From Candidatus Omnitrophica bacterium UBA6233 (GTDB lineage: Bacteria; Omnitrophota; Gorgyraeia; Gygaellales; Profunditerraquicolaceae): DNA of 64,000 bases. Every line of letters starts with the position of its first letter. Positions within the stretch are counted from its first letter, which is position 1. The position numbers were made by a program, and so were the translations under genes. The stretch is taken from positions 34-64,033 of the forward strand of contig DJWJ01000015.1 of assembly GCA_002440965.1 (NCBI GenBank), read 5' to 3'. Shown here piece by piece: positions 44,101 to 53,639 of this stretch. The notes under the pieces were generated by a model. The model was not told the origin of the DNA, made no database searches, and saw nothing but the letters and a program-made list of their open reading frames with translations.

Positions 44101-44617
44101 TATCTTTTTCAAAAATATTCCTGTAGGTATCAGCTAATTTTAACGCGTCATTAACACGTTTTTGCTGGATCAGTGAGGGGATCTCTCCTTTTAAACAAGC
44201 AGAGAGGCCGATCAAGCCTTTAGAGTATTGGCTAAGGATTTCTTTATCGATTCTTGGACGGTAATAAAAACCTTCCAGGTAAGCCGAGGAAACCAGTTTC
44301 ATTAAGTTGCGGTAACCGGTTTCATCGCGGGCTAAAAGTATTAAATGGTAGGCCGCGTCTTCAATGCCGCGGGATTCTTTATCAAGCCGGCTCTTTGGCG
44401 CGATATAAGCTTCGCAACCGATAATCGGTTTTATGCCGTGCTTTAAGGCTTCCAGGTAAAAATCAATCGCTCCGAACATATTACCATGATCGGTAATAGC
44501 CAGAGAATCCATATTGTATTGTTTAGCCAGGGTCAGTAATTCGGGTATGCGGCAGGCGCCGTCAAGAAGGCTGAATTGCGTGTGTAAATGTAGGTGGACG
44601 AAATCGGAACGAGGCAT
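41183..44617 (-). CDS. dnaE: DNA polymerase III alpha subunit
   Basis: PHP start 'MPRSDFVHLHLHTQFSLLDG'; polymerase and OB domains follow. The first 9 ORF-track codons are repeat-encoded. Confidence 0.9.
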   Translation of the reverse strand: MPRSDFVHLHLHTQFSLLDGACRIPELLTLAKQYNMDSLAITDHGNMFGAIDFYLEALKHGIKPIIGCEAYIAPKSRLDKESRGIEDAAYHLILLARDETGYRNLMKLVSSAYLEGFYYRPRIDKEILSQYSKGLIGLSACLKGEIPSLIQQKRVNDALKLADTYRNIFEKDNFYLEIQENSIPDQKIVNEGLIKISKELNLPLVATNDVHYLTRDRAASHEALLCIQTQTTLDDPNRMRFQTDEFYFKSPQEMKTLFKETPEAISNTCEIASRCNLELDFKKVHLPKYEAPVGKTKEEYLKELCEKGLKEKYENVSKEINDRLEYELKIIQNMGFVSYFLIVWDFIHYAKSKGIPVGPGRGSAAGSLVSYLLGITDLDPLKYGLLFERFLNPERMGLPDIDIDFCYERRQEVIEYVTQKYGQENVAQIITFGTMQARGVVRDVGRVMGMSYADVDRIAKLIPPELDMTLKKALESEPELNNLYKNDPEVTKLITTGLVLEGLNRHASVHAAGVVIADKPLDNYSPLFKTTDDQITTGFSMGILEKIGLLKVDFLGLRTLTVIDQAVKIIKETRNIGLQIQKLPLDDKNTYKLLASAHTMGVFQVESSGMRDLLKKLEPERFEDLIALLALYRPGPIGSGMLNDFMKRKHNLIPIKYEHPKLQPVLKETYGIMVYQEQIMQIASLLGGFSLAQADILRKAMGKKIPEVMEKQRSNFIHGCVKNGIKESTATKIFDLIEYFSGYGFNKSHSTAYALISYRTAYLKANYPVEFMTALLTSERDNTDKIVEYVAEAERMGMAVLPPDINESDALFKVVDRESIRFGMLAIKNVGVGAVESIVEARKSGRFASLEDLCQKIDLRLANRKVLESLIKCGALDSFKMARAKMFASLDSILEAASRSQKEKAKGQLSFFDQGLTSNGFKKITNEMPQIHEWPESQLLAFEKDMLGFYVSGHPLARYARQLKRFISSSINDLHQHKNEDEIKVVGLISKVKHTMTRAKQEKMAILKLEDLDGSVELLVFPRAFQKVSRYIQPNSVVMVKGILNLKEDTPKIIVDDLFPFDEIYKLITAMSINLSGLKENVFDTLKGLLAASRGNIPIYLNLDTPAKSRVQLVVGEGFYVSPSEKLIKDIEELLGEKRLSLTL

Positions 44618-44627
44618 ATTCAAAATC

Positions 44628-44750
44628 CAAATTCCAAAGCACAAAATTCAAAATAAATTCAAATATTAAATGACAAAACTCCAATTTTGGTATTCATTAT
44701 TAGAATTTTGAATTTATCTTGAGTTTGGATTTTGTCATTTGGTATTTATG
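44628..44750. repeat. AT-rich imperfect-palindrome repeat (copy 2)
   Basis: 'CAAAATCCAAATTCCAAAGCACAAAATTCAAAATAAATTCAAAT...TTTGAATTTATCTTGAGTTTGGATTTTGTCATTTGG'. Confidence 0.7.
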
Positions 44751-44768
44751 TCTGATTTTCAAAATACT

Positions 44769-46310
44769 TTACTCCCACTCTATGGTAGCTGGTGGTTTAG
44801 AGCTTATATCGTATACAACCCTGTTTACGCCTTTTACTTCGTTGATTATGCGATTGGAAATTTTTCCCATTATTTCGTAAGGGAGTTTGACCCAGTCAGC
44901 AGTCATTCCGTCAAAGCTGGAAACGCAGCGTAACGCCACGACATTTTCGTAGGTGCGTTCGTCACCCATGATCCCCACGCTCTTTATAGGAAGCAATATG
45001 GCAAAAGATTGCCAGATTTGTTCGTATAATCCGGCTCCTCGGATTTCATCCACTACTCTCTTATCTACTTCGCGTAAAATTTCCAGTCTTTCTTCGGTAA
45101 CTTCGCCGATGATCCTGATGGCTAAACCGGGGCCGGGAAAAGGTTGGCGCTGGAGTATCGCATCCGGTAAACCCAGTTCCTTGCCTATGGCGCGGACCTC
45201 ATCTTTAAATATTTCGCGTAGAGGTTCGATTAATTTGAGTTTCATATGGGCAGGTAAACCTCCGACATTATGATGGCTCTTAATCCTACGGCTGGGAGCT
45301 CCGGTCGGTGAAAATGATTCGATCACGTCCGGGTATAATGTTCCTTGCGCCAGGAATTTTACTCCTTTCACCTTATCAGCTTCTTCTTCAAAAGTTTTAA
45401 CGAATTCATCACCGATTATTTTTCTTTTTTCTTCCGGGTCGGTAATTCCTTTTAATCTCGCCAGAAATCTTTTGCTCCTGTCAACATAATCCAAATTCAG
45501 ATGATATACGTCGCGGAAAACTTTTTTCACTTGCTCGGGTTCATCTTTTCTAAGCAGGCCATTATTAATAAAGATACAACGGGAGTTTTTTCCGATTGCT
45601 CTGTGTAATAATAAAGCTGCCACTGACGAATCTACGCCTCCGCTTAATCCTAAGACAACTTTATCTTTTCCGACTGTTTTCTTTATATTTTCAATCGATT
45701 CTTTGATAAAGGACTGCATTGTCCAGCGGCTTAAGCACCCGCATATCTTAAAAAGAAAATTGCTTAAAATCTGGTTTCCTTTTTCAGTATGGGTTACTTC
45801 AGGGTGGAATTGGACCGCGAAAATCTTCCTTTTGGAATTAGAGATTGCGGCAATGGGCGTATTCATTGTGTGAGCGCTGATGTGGAATCCCGCGGGAATC
45901 TTGGTTGCAAAATCACCGTGGCTGGCCCAACAAGTGAAGTTTCCCGGAATATGGCTGAATAAATCCCGGTTATCATCGATAAATAATTCAACTTTACCGT
46001 ATTCGCGGTCTTTGGTATGTTTGACTTTGCCGCCGAGCATTTCCGAAATAATCTGCATTCCGTAGCAAATTCCTAAAATCGGCACACCCAGTTTAAAGAT
46101 TTCTTTATCCGGAACAGGGCTTTTTTTATCTATAACCGAAGCTGGGCCGCCGGACAAGATTAAACCTTTGGGAGCCATTGCGGCTATTTCTTTTGCCGGA
46201 GTATTGTAAGGAATTATCCGGGAAAAAACTTTATTTTCTCTGACTCTGCGGGCGATTAATTGGGTGTATTGCGAGCCGAAATCTAAAATCAGTATAGTTT
46301 GTCTTGTCAT
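44769..46310 (-). CDS. guaA: GMP synthase (glutamine-hydrolysing)
   Basis: GATase '[17 protein letters not shown]', PP-loop '[10 protein letters not shown]', C-terminal '[15 protein letters not shown]'. Confidence 0.9.
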   Translation of the reverse strand: MTRQTILILDFGSQYTQLIARRVRENKVFSRIIPYNTPAKEIAAMAPKGLILSGGPASVIDKKSPVPDKEIFKLGVPILGICYGMQIISEMLGGKVKHTKDREYGKVELFIDDNRDLFSHIPGNFTCWASHGDFATKIPAGFHISAHTMNTPIAAISNSKRKIFAVQFHPEVTHTEKGNQILSNFLFKICGCLSRWTMQSFIKESIENIKKTVGKDKVVLGLSGGVDSSVAALLLHRAIGKNSRCIFINNGLLRKDEPEQVKKVFRDVYHLNLDYVDRSKRFLARLKGITDPEEKRKIIGDEFVKTFEEEADKVKGVKFLAQGTLYPDVIESFSPTGAPSRRIKSHHNVGGLPAHMKLKLIEPLREIFKDEVRAIGKELGLPDAILQRQPFPGPGLAIRIIGEVTEERLEILREVDKRVVDEIRGAGLYEQIWQSFAILLPIKSVGIMGDERTYENVVALRCVSSFDGMTADWVKLPYEIMGKISNRIINEVKGVNRVVYDISSKPPATIEWE

Positions 46311-47467
46311 TTGCCCATACCTACCCTCTGTCCAACCTGGAATATTTTTCCTTCGGTTTGTATTGAAGGCGCGATTATAATTTCTACATCGTGCATCTCT
46401 TTTAAGTTTGCAGCGCCTAATGAACCCATGGAAGTTTTAAGCGCTCCCATTAAATTCTGCGAACCGTCATCAACACGCGCCGGGCCGAATAAAATTTCTT
46501 TTAATGAACCGGTTGTGCCCACCTGGATGCGGGTTCCGCGGGGTAAGTTTACATGCGAAGTAGCCATGCCCCAATGATAGCCGCCGCCCGGAGCTTCTTG
46601 AGCCCTGGCAAAACTCGAACCTATCATTACCGCGTCCGCTCCGCAGGCAAAAGCCTTGCAGATATCTCCGCCGCGGCTCATTCCGCCGTCAGTAATTATT
46701 GGAATATATTTTCCGGTTCTCTTGTAATAAAAATCGCGCGCTCCTGCTGCGTCTACTGTTGCGGTTACTTGAGGTACTCCTATGCCTAAAACACCCCTGG
46801 TTGTGCAGGCGGCTCCGGGGCCGACGCCGATAAGTAATCCGGCAGATCCCGTTTCCATAAGCTCGATTGTAGTTTCATAAGTTACGCAATTACCGAGTAT
46901 AACCGGTATTTTTGTGGATTTGCAGAATTTATAGAGGTCTAAAGTTTTATATTCTTTGGCGATGTGCCTGGTGGTTGTAACAGTTGATTGGACCACAAAA
47001 ATATCCGCGCCGGCTGCAATCGCAAGTTTCGAGAATCTCTCGGCATTTGCCGGAATACAGCTTACTACGGCTATAGCTCTTTTTTTCTTTATTTCCGAAA
47101 CTCTTTTGGAGATTAATTTTTCATTAATAGGGTTGGTGTATAATGATTGGATTAACTGGGTTGCCTTTTGAGGAGTTGCTTGGGCAATTTCTGCCAAGAC
47201 TTTTTCAGGATTTTCGTAACGTGTTTGGACACCATCGAGGTTTAAAACCGCGATTCCGCCTAGATTCGACATCTCTATGGCAAAATTTACATCTACAACA
47301 CCATCCATACCTGCAGCCAGGATTGGAACCTTGAATTTTCTATTACCTATTTCAAGAGAGATATCGACTTCATTGGGATTAACTGTTTGCGCACCGGGCA
47401 CTAGCGCTATTTCATCAAAACCATAACATCTACGGGCGCGCCTTCCTATGCCTATCCACTCTGCCAT
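46307..47467 (-). CDS. IMP dehydrogenase-family protein lacking CBS domains (GuaB-related)
   Basis: 386 aa IMPDH/GMPR TIM barrel with active-site '[11 protein letters not shown]'; no CBS pair; 4-nt overlap with guaA. Confidence 0.75.
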   Translation of the reverse strand: MAEWIGIGRRARRCYGFDEIALVPGAQTVNPNEVDISLEIGNRKFKVPILAAGMDGVVDVNFAIEMSNLGGIAVLNLDGVQTRYENPEKVLAEIAQATPQKATQLIQSLYTNPINEKLISKRVSEIKKKRAIAVVSCIPANAERFSKLAIAAGADIFVVQSTVTTTRHIAKEYKTLDLYKFCKSTKIPVILGNCVTYETTIELMETGSAGLLIGVGPGAACTTRGVLGIGVPQVTATVDAAGARDFYYKRTGKYIPIITDGGMSRGGDICKAFACGADAVMIGSSFARAQEAPGGGYHWGMATSHVNLPRGTRIQVGTTGSLKEILFGPARVDDGSQNLMGALKTSMGSLGAANLKEMHDVEIIIAPSIQTEGKIFQVGQRVGMGK

Positions 47468-47650
47468 TTTAGATTTCTCCTCAATTTCCTCCTCGTCTTG
47501 GTGTTGGAAATTAACCCTAGTAGAACGAGAAATTGTTGAAACTTGTTATTTATCAGTAAGTTACGATATTTTAACTCATTTTTGGTGAGTTTTTTACGAA
47601 AGGATAGAAAATTTTACACCTCTAAGCTCAATTTGTCAAGAGAAAATTAA

Positions 47651-47695
47651 AGGGACGGTTCTAGGCTAAATAGCTCTTAGAATAGAACCGTCCCT
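47651..47695. repeat. GC-rich palindromic element, short form (AGGGACGGTTCTAG-N17-ATAGAACCGTCCCT)
   Basis: Near-identical to 12675-12719, including the loop 'gctaaatRgct'. Confidence 0.8.
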
Positions 47696-47717
47696 GTGTT
47701 TACTCTTTATTTTAGGC

Positions 47718-49373
47718 TTAATATCCGCCCATGCCACCCATACCGCCCATGCCACCCATACCGCCTGCTGGCATGCCTGGCATCTTTTCTTCCTTTTCCG
47801 GCTTATCAGCAATTAAAGCTTCCGTAGTTAGAAGAAGCGAAGCTATGCTGGCTGCGTTTTGTAAGGCCGAACGGGTAACTTTCTTGGGATCGATTACGCC
47901 TGCCTCAATCATATCAACGTAATCATCCTGAGAAACATCATAGCCTATGTTAATTTTTTCTTGTTTTACTCTTTGAACGACTACTGAACCTTCCAAACCG
48001 GCATTTTGAGTAATCTGCCTGATTGGCTCTTCCAGGGCGCGTTTTACAATTTCCACCCCGATTTTCTCATCGCCTTCCAGCTTTAGTTTCTCTAAAACAG
48101 GAATACAGCGGATTAAAGCAACTCCGCCGCCGGGAATAATTCCTTCTTCTACTGCGGCGCGGGTTGCGTGAAGAGCATCTTCAACGCGGGCTTTCTTCTC
48201 TTTCATTTCGCTTTCAGTTGCAGCGCCTACATTGATAACTGCGACTCCACCTGCTAGCTTGGCTAACCTTTCCTGAAGTTTTTCTTTATCATAATCAGAA
48301 TCAGTTTCGTCAATTTGTTTTTTAATCTGGGCGATACGGGCAGTTACTGCTGCTTGCTTGCCTGCGCCTTCGACTATAGTTGTATTTTCTTTGTCAATTT
48401 TTACTTTTTTGGCTTTTCCTAAATCGTCCAAGTCAACATTTTCCAGTTTTATGCCTAAATCTTCGGTTATAGCTTTACCACCGGTAAGAATCGCGATATC
48501 TTCAAGCATGGCTTTACGCCTGTCACCATAACCGGGAGCTTTGACCGCGCAAGAAACAAAGGTTCTCTTTAAGTTATTCACAACCAATGTCGCCAATGCT
48601 TCGCCTTCAACCTCTTCCGCTAAAATCAAAAGCGGCTTTCCGCTGCGGGCGATTTTTTCCAACAAAGGAAGGAGATCTTTTAAAGTAGATATTTTCTTCT
48701 CGAAAATCAGGATATAAGTATCTTCTAAAATACACTCCATTCTTTCGGCATCGGTAACAAAATAAGGAGATAAGTATCCTTGATCAAACTGCATACCTTC
48801 GACTAACTCTAGGGTAGTGGCAGTGGTTTTTGCTTCTTCAACGGTGATAACACCATCTTTACCGACTTTTTCCATAGCTTCGGCTATCTGATCGCCAATG
48901 GCTGTGTCTCCGTTAGCGGCAATTGAAGCAACCTGAGCAACTTCTTTTTTTTCTCTGGCGTTGATAGGTTTAGCTAATTTACTTAACTCTTCTACGATTT
49001 TTTCTACGGCTTTTTCGATTCCACGTTTTAAAGCCATAGGATTTGCGCCGGCTGTAACATTCTTTAAGCCTTCGCGGTAGATTGATTCAGCTAAAACTGT
49101 GGCTGTGGTGGTTCCGTCTCCGGCAATATCCGAAGTTTTTTCAGCGACTTCTTTAACCATTTGAGCTCCCATATTCTCATAGGGATCTTCGAGGTCGATT
49201 TCCTTGGCTACGGTTACACCATCTTTGGTGATGGTCGGCGAACCAAATTTTTTGTCGATGACTACATTGCGTCCTTTTGGGCCCAAGGTAACTTTAACTG
49301 CGCGGGCTAATTGCTCCACGCCGCTTAAAAGCTTTCTGCGGGCTTCATCCTGGTAGAGTAACTGTTTGCTCAT
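47718..49373 (-). CDS. groL: Chaperonin GroEL
   Basis: '[53 protein letters not shown]' and the C-terminal GGM repeat. Confidence 0.95.
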   Translation of the reverse strand: MSKQLLYQDEARRKLLSGVEQLARAVKVTLGPKGRNVVIDKKFGSPTITKDGVTVAKEIDLEDPYENMGAQMVKEVAEKTSDIAGDGTTTATVLAESIYREGLKNVTAGANPMALKRGIEKAVEKIVEELSKLAKPINAREKKEVAQVASIAANGDTAIGDQIAEAMEKVGKDGVITVEEAKTTATTLELVEGMQFDQGYLSPYFVTDAERMECILEDTYILIFEKKISTLKDLLPLLEKIARSGKPLLILAEEVEGEALATLVVNNLKRTFVSCAVKAPGYGDRRKAMLEDIAILTGGKAITEDLGIKLENVDLDDLGKAKKVKIDKENTTIVEGAGKQAAVTARIAQIKKQIDETDSDYDKEKLQERLAKLAGGVAVINVGAATESEMKEKKARVEDALHATRAAVEEGIIPGGGVALIRCIPVLEKLKLEGDEKIGVEIVKRALEEPIRQITQNAGLEGSVVVQRVKQEKINIGYDVSQDDYVDMIEAGVIDPKKVTRSALQNAASIASLLLTTEALIADKPEKEEKMPGMPAGGMGGMGGMGGMGGY

Positions 49374-49390
49374 AAAATCCTCCCTTTTTT

Positions 49391-49515
49391 GAAATCCAAA
49401 TGTCCAAGCTCAAAATCCAAAATAAATTTAAATGACAAATACCCAATGACAAAACTTGTGTTTTGATATTTGAGTTTTAGATTTATTTTGAGCTTTGAAT
49501 TTTATCATTTGTCAT
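49391..49515. repeat. AT-rich imperfect-palindrome repeat (copy 3), filling the groES-groEL spacer
   Basis: 'GAAATCCAAATGTCCAAGCTCAAAATCCAAAATAAATTTAAATGACAAAT...TTTGAGTTTTAGATTTATTTTGAGCTTTGAATTTTATCATTTGTCATT'. Confidence 0.7.
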
Positions 49516-49523
49516 TACATTGC

Positions 49524-49814
49524 TTACTTGATAATAGCCAATATGTCTTCTTCGCGCATAATTAATAACTCTTCGCCTTCTTTAGTGGTAATTTCATTAC
49601 CGGAATATTTTCCGTACAAAACTTTATCTCCTACTTTAACTTCCGGAGCTTGCGTAGTTCCGTTATCCAGAACTTTGCCTTTTCCTATGGCAACCACTTT
49701 ACCCTCTTGAGGCTTCTCTTTTGCTGTATCCGGCAGAACTATTCCACCTTTAGTCTTAGCTTCAGCCTCTAAAGCCTTAACTACGATGCGGTCCCCTAAT
49801 GGTTTGATTTCCAT
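49524..49814 (-). CDS. groS: Co-chaperonin GroES
   Basis: '[11 protein letters not shown]...[22 protein letters not shown]'. Confidence 0.9.
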   Translation of the reverse strand: MEIKPLGDRIVVKALEAEAKTKGGIVLPDTAKEKPQEGKVVAIGKGKVLDNGTTQAPEVKVGDKVLYGKYSGNEITTKEGEELLIMREEDILAIIK

Positions 49815-49841
49815 AAGTTCCCTCCTTTGATTTGGTTAATT

Positions 49842-49868
49842 TTAGCACTTAATTCCCAAGAGTGCTAA
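49842..49868 (-). promoter_or_regulatory. CIRCE element (HrcA operator) TTAGCACTT-N9-GAGTGCTAA
   Basis: One mismatch to the TTAGCACTC-N9-GAGTGCTAA consensus; directly abuts the -10 box of the groES promoter. Confidence 0.75.
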
Positions 49869-49895
49869 TTATAAACAATTTTTTTTTTTTGTCAA
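49868..49895 (-). promoter_or_regulatory. Sigma70-type groES promoter TTGACA-16-TATAAT
   Basis: On the - strand: TTGACA (49895-49890), spacer A11+TTGTT, TATAAT (49873-49868). Confidence 0.6.
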
Positions 49896-50659
49896 GTTTT
49901 TTTTAATAAAGTATCCGGATAGTTTCTGATTTTACCCAAAAATGCTCCCTTGTAAAGCAAAAAAATACCATTTAGAAGAAGATTTTTGTTCACTCTTATA
50001 GCGCACTTAGAAAACCTTTTTATTAAATTAATATCTCCTCCGGTACCGATGATTTTGGTATTTTTTCCTATTTTAATACGAAGGGTTTCAATTAAGGCGT
50101 CTATTGCGGATGCGCTTCCTAATACTACTCCGTTTAAAATGCAATCCTGTGTATTTTTACCAATATTTTTTTTTGTTGGAGCTAATTTAACTTTGGGTAA
50201 AAGCGCGGTATTCAGGTTTAAGGCGGATAGCGAAGAGTTTAATCCCGGGATGATAAATCCGCCAAGATACCCTGAAATTTTAGATACCGCATCTACTGTT
50301 ATAGCCGTTCCGCAACTCACTATTATTACTGGAGCAGAATAAATTTGACTGGCTGCGTAGGCATTAACCAGGCGATCCATGCCAAGTTGTTCAGGTTTTT
50401 TATAAAGGTTTTTAAGAGGGATAAGAATATCTTTTCCTATTATTTTAGGTTTTACGCCGGTTGTTTTCTTTATATCTCTAGAGACCCTTTGAGTTATTTG
50501 GGGAACCACGCTGCAGATAAGCGCGTCTTTTATAGGCGTCTCAAGTGTCCGGATGCCCCGGTATTCTTTTAAGGGGATATCCCAGTTTTTAATGATTTTG
50601 CCGCCGTTAAATATGGCGAAAGATATATTAGTGTTCCCTATGTCGATGGCTAATAGCAT
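49892..50659 (-). CDS. coaX: Type III pantothenate kinase
   Basis: 'MLLAIDIGNTNISFAIF' ASKHA start; start at 50659 after discarding 12 repeat-encoded ORF-track codons. Confidence 0.85.
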   Translation of the reverse strand: MLLAIDIGNTNISFAIFNGGKIIKNWDIPLKEYRGIRTLETPIKDALICSVVPQITQRVSRDIKKTTGVKPKIIGKDILIPLKNLYKKPEQLGMDRLVNAYAASQIYSAPVIIVSCGTAITVDAVSKISGYLGGFIIPGLNSSLSALNLNTALLPKVKLAPTKKNIGKNTQDCILNGVVLGSASAIDALIETLRIKIGKNTKIIGTGGDINLIKRFSKCAIRVNKNLLLNGIFLLYKGAFLGKIRNYPDTLLKKT

Positions 50660-50668
50660 ATTATTTAA

Positions 50669-50800
50669 TGTCAAATTACAAAATTCAAATGACAAATGAA
50701 ATCCAAAATCCCAATGACAAATACCAAAACAAAAATTTTATTATTTAGAATTTGACATTTGGATTTATTTTGGATTTTGTGCTTTGACATTTGTCATTTC
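50669..50800. repeat. AT-rich imperfect-palindrome repeat (copy 4)
   Basis: 'CAAAATTCAAATGACAAATGAAATCCAAAATCCCAATGACAAATACC...TTTGGATTTATTTTGGATTTTGTGCTTTGACATTTGTCATTTC'; overlaps the last ~12 codons of uvrB. Confidence 0.7.
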
Positions 50801-52756
50801 TGTTAATTCTTTAACCTTGTCTCTTAATACCGCGGCTTTTTCAAACTGCAGGTTTCTCGCCGCAAGTTCCATTTCATATTCTAACTCGGAAATATATTTA
50901 CGCAACTCAAATTCATCTTTAGCTTCGCCGGTAAGGTTAACCACGAACTCTTCAGCCTCGGCTAAATCCTCGATTCCTTCTTTGATAGCTTTTTCGATTG
51001 AACGCGGGTTGATGTTGTTGCTTTTGTTAAATTCTAGTTGTATTTTTCTACGGCGGTTGCTTTCATCAATTGCCTTTTTCATTGAGCCGGTAATCGTATC
51101 AGCGTACATAATTACTTTACCATGGATATTACGGGCTGCTCTTCCGGAAACCTGGATCAAACTGGTTGCTGAGCGCAGAAAACCTTCTTTATCGGCATCT
51201 AGAATTGCGACCAGAGAAACTTCCGGCAGATCCAAGCCTTCCCTTAACAGGTTTATTCCGACGAGGCAGTCGAATTTTTTCTTTCTTAGATCTCTAAGAA
51301 TAGTTGAACGTTCGATGGTTTGGATCTCCGAATGCAGGTATTTTACTTTTAAGCTTTTTTCTTCCAGATAGACAGTCAAATCTTCGGCAGTGCGTTTAGT
51401 AAGAGTAGTAACAAGGACGCGTTCATTAAGTTTAGCCCGCTCTTTTACTTCTTTGATCAAATCATCCATTTGATTTTCAGATGGGCGGATAACGATTTCA
51501 GGGTCAATTAATCCGGTTGGCCGGATGATCTGCTGGATCAGTTTGTTATCGCTTTTCTTCATCTCATATTCATTGGGTGTGGCTGAAACAAAAACAACCT
51601 GTTTTATCAGTTTATTGAATTCTTCGAACTTTAAAGGCCGGTTATCCAGGCAGGAAGGCAGGCGGAAACCATATTTTACCAGAGTTTCTTTTCGGGCTTT
51701 ATCTCCTTCATACATTCCCCGGATTTGCGGTATGGTTACGTGTGATTCGTCGATAATAGTAAGGAATTTGTCCGGAAAATAATCGATTAAAGCATAAGGC
51801 CTTGAGCCGTCAGGCCTTCCTGATAGATGGCGTGAGTAATTTTCAATCCCGTGGCAATAACCGATTTCTTTCAGCATTTCCAAGTCGTATTTTGTCCGGG
51901 ATTCCAGTCTTTGGGCCTCCAGCAATTTATTCTGGGATCTTAAAACTTTTAGCTGTTCTTCCAGTTCTTCTTTTATAGAGGTAAGGCTGGTATTAATTTT
52001 ATCCTGAGAAATAATAAAATGTTTTGCCGGGTAGATCGCGATTTTTTCCAGTTGATCGATGATTTTGCCTGAAACCGGGTTAAACTCGGATATTTTTTCT
52101 ATTTTGTCGCCATTAAGCTCCAGGCGCACTGCTTTTTCCTGATAAGACGGAAAAATTTCCAGGGTGTCTCCTCTTACTCTTAATTTGCCCCGGACAAATT
52201 CATAATCATTTCTTTCGTATTGAACCTGGATAAATTTGGTGATTAATTCGTCACGGCTGATCTCTTTGCCTACTTCCAGCAAAACCAGCATATTATTGTA
52301 GCTTTGGGGATCTCCAAGGTTATAAATACAGGAGACCGAGGCTACAATAATGACGTCATTGCGGCTCATTAAGGAAGTGGTTGCGGAAAGGCGCAGCCGG
52401 TCAAGCCTGTCGTTGATCGCGGAATCTTTTTCAATATAGGTATCGGTTGAAGGAATATAAGCTTCAGGCTGGTAATAATCGTAGTAGCTTACAAAGTATT
52501 CTACGGCATTATGGGGGAAAAATTCTTTGAATTCGGAATATAATTGTGCCGCTAATGTTTTATTATGCGAAATAACCAGTGTGGGCAGGTTTACTTTGGC
52601 TATTGTGTTAGCTAGAGTGAAAGTCTTTCCTGAACCAGTTACGCCTAGCAGAGTATTAAACTGCCTGCCGGAAAGGATATCCTTAGTTAAGGCGTTTATT
52701 GCTTCCGGCTGGTCGCCGCAAGGATCGAATTTCGCAACAAGCTTAAAACCGGACAA
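50765..52756 (-). CDS. uvrB: Excinuclease ABC subunit B
   Basis: 'FKLVAKFDPCGDQPEAINAL', helicase motifs and UVR domain 'ELAARNLQFEKAAVLRDK'. The C-terminal tail 'MTNVKAQNPK' is repeat-encoded. Confidence 0.9.
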   Translation of the reverse strand: MSGFKLVAKFDPCGDQPEAINALTKDILSGRQFNTLLGVTGSGKTFTLANTIAKVNLPTLVISHNKTLAAQLYSEFKEFFPHNAVEYFVSYYDYYQPEAYIPSTDTYIEKDSAINDRLDRLRLSATTSLMSRNDVIIVASVSCIYNLGDPQSYNNMLVLLEVGKEISRDELITKFIQVQYERNDYEFVRGKLRVRGDTLEIFPSYQEKAVRLELNGDKIEKISEFNPVSGKIIDQLEKIAIYPAKHFIISQDKINTSLTSIKEELEEQLKVLRSQNKLLEAQRLESRTKYDLEMLKEIGYCHGIENYSRHLSGRPDGSRPYALIDYFPDKFLTIIDESHVTIPQIRGMYEGDKARKETLVKYGFRLPSCLDNRPLKFEEFNKLIKQVVFVSATPNEYEMKKSDNKLIQQIIRPTGLIDPEIVIRPSENQMDDLIKEVKERAKLNERVLVTTLTKRTAEDLTVYLEEKSLKVKYLHSEIQTIERSTILRDLRKKKFDCLVGINLLREGLDLPEVSLVAILDADKEGFLRSATSLIQVSGRAARNIHGKVIMYADTITGSMKKAIDESNRRRKIQLEFNKSNNINPRSIEKAIKEGIEDLAEAEEFVVNLTGEAKDEFELRKYISELEYEMELAARNLQFEKAAVLRDKVKELTEMTNVKAQNPK

Positions 52757-52757
52757 C

Positions 52758-53639
52758 TTAAATAACCTCGAGGCTCATATCAACGCCTTCGACTGAATGC
52801 GTTAATTCGCCGATAGAGATAATATCGATGCCTATGCTTGCGATTTTTCTTACGGATTTAAAATCAACTCCGCCGCTAGCCTCAAGCATTGTGGGTGGAT
52901 GATGGCTTTTGAATTCGGTATTATTTCTGATTTTCACCGCCTCTTTTATATCTTCCAGGCTCATATTATCCAGCATAATCACGTCAGGCTTGAAATACAA
53001 AGCGTGCTTGAACTCATCAAGATTCTGTGCTTCCACTTCGATCTTATATCCTTTGGGAACGCTGGGTAATTTTTCATAACCTTCGATAATTTTGATATGG
53101 TTATCTTTAATTAAGATCATTTCATCCAAGCCCATCCGGTGATTGTGTCCGCCGCCTACGCGCACAGCGTATTTCTGCAAATCCCTTAAGCCCGGCAGAG
53201 TTTTTCGCGTATCGGTAATTTTAGCTTTATAAGGCTCGATATGCTCGACATATTCTCTGGTTTTAGTCGCTATGCCTGAAAGCAGGCTTAAGAGGTTAAG
53301 CGCTACTCTCTCTGAACTTAAAATACTGGTTGCTTTACCCGAGACCCGGGCGATAGCTTTAATTGGTTTGATTTCTTTGCCATCCTTAACCAGAGGTTTA
53401 AATATGATTGATGAATCAATTGCGTTAAAAACATGTTTAGCTACATCCATGCCGCAGATAACCGCCTTTTCTTTAAGCAGTATGTGGGCGGTGATTGTTT
53501 TGTCTTTAGGAATCGTTAGCTGCGTGGTAATGTCTCCTCTGCCAATATCTTCGATTAAAGCATGCCGGACAATGTAATCTAATTTTTCCTGGTCGAGTTT
53601 TGGCGCGCTTTCAGAAAGAAAATGTTTACCTAAGGCCAT
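52758..53639 (-). CDS. nadC: Nicotinate-nucleotide pyrophosphorylase (quinolinate PRTase)
   Basis: QPRTase fold motifs; 1-nt gap to uvrB and 14-nt overlap with valS. Confidence 0.85.
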   Translation of the reverse strand: MALGKHFLSESAPKLDQEKLDYIVRHALIEDIGRGDITTQLTIPKDKTITAHILLKEKAVICGMDVAKHVFNAIDSSIIFKPLVKDGKEIKPIKAIARVSGKATSILSSERVALNLLSLLSGIATKTREYVEHIEPYKAKITDTRKTLPGLRDLQKYAVRVGGGHNHRMGLDEMILIKDNHIKIIEGYEKLPSVPKGYKIEVEAQNLDEFKHALYFKPDVIMLDNMSLEDIKEAVKIRNNTEFKSHHPPTMLEASGGVDFKSVRKIASIGIDIISIGELTHSVEGVDMSLEVI

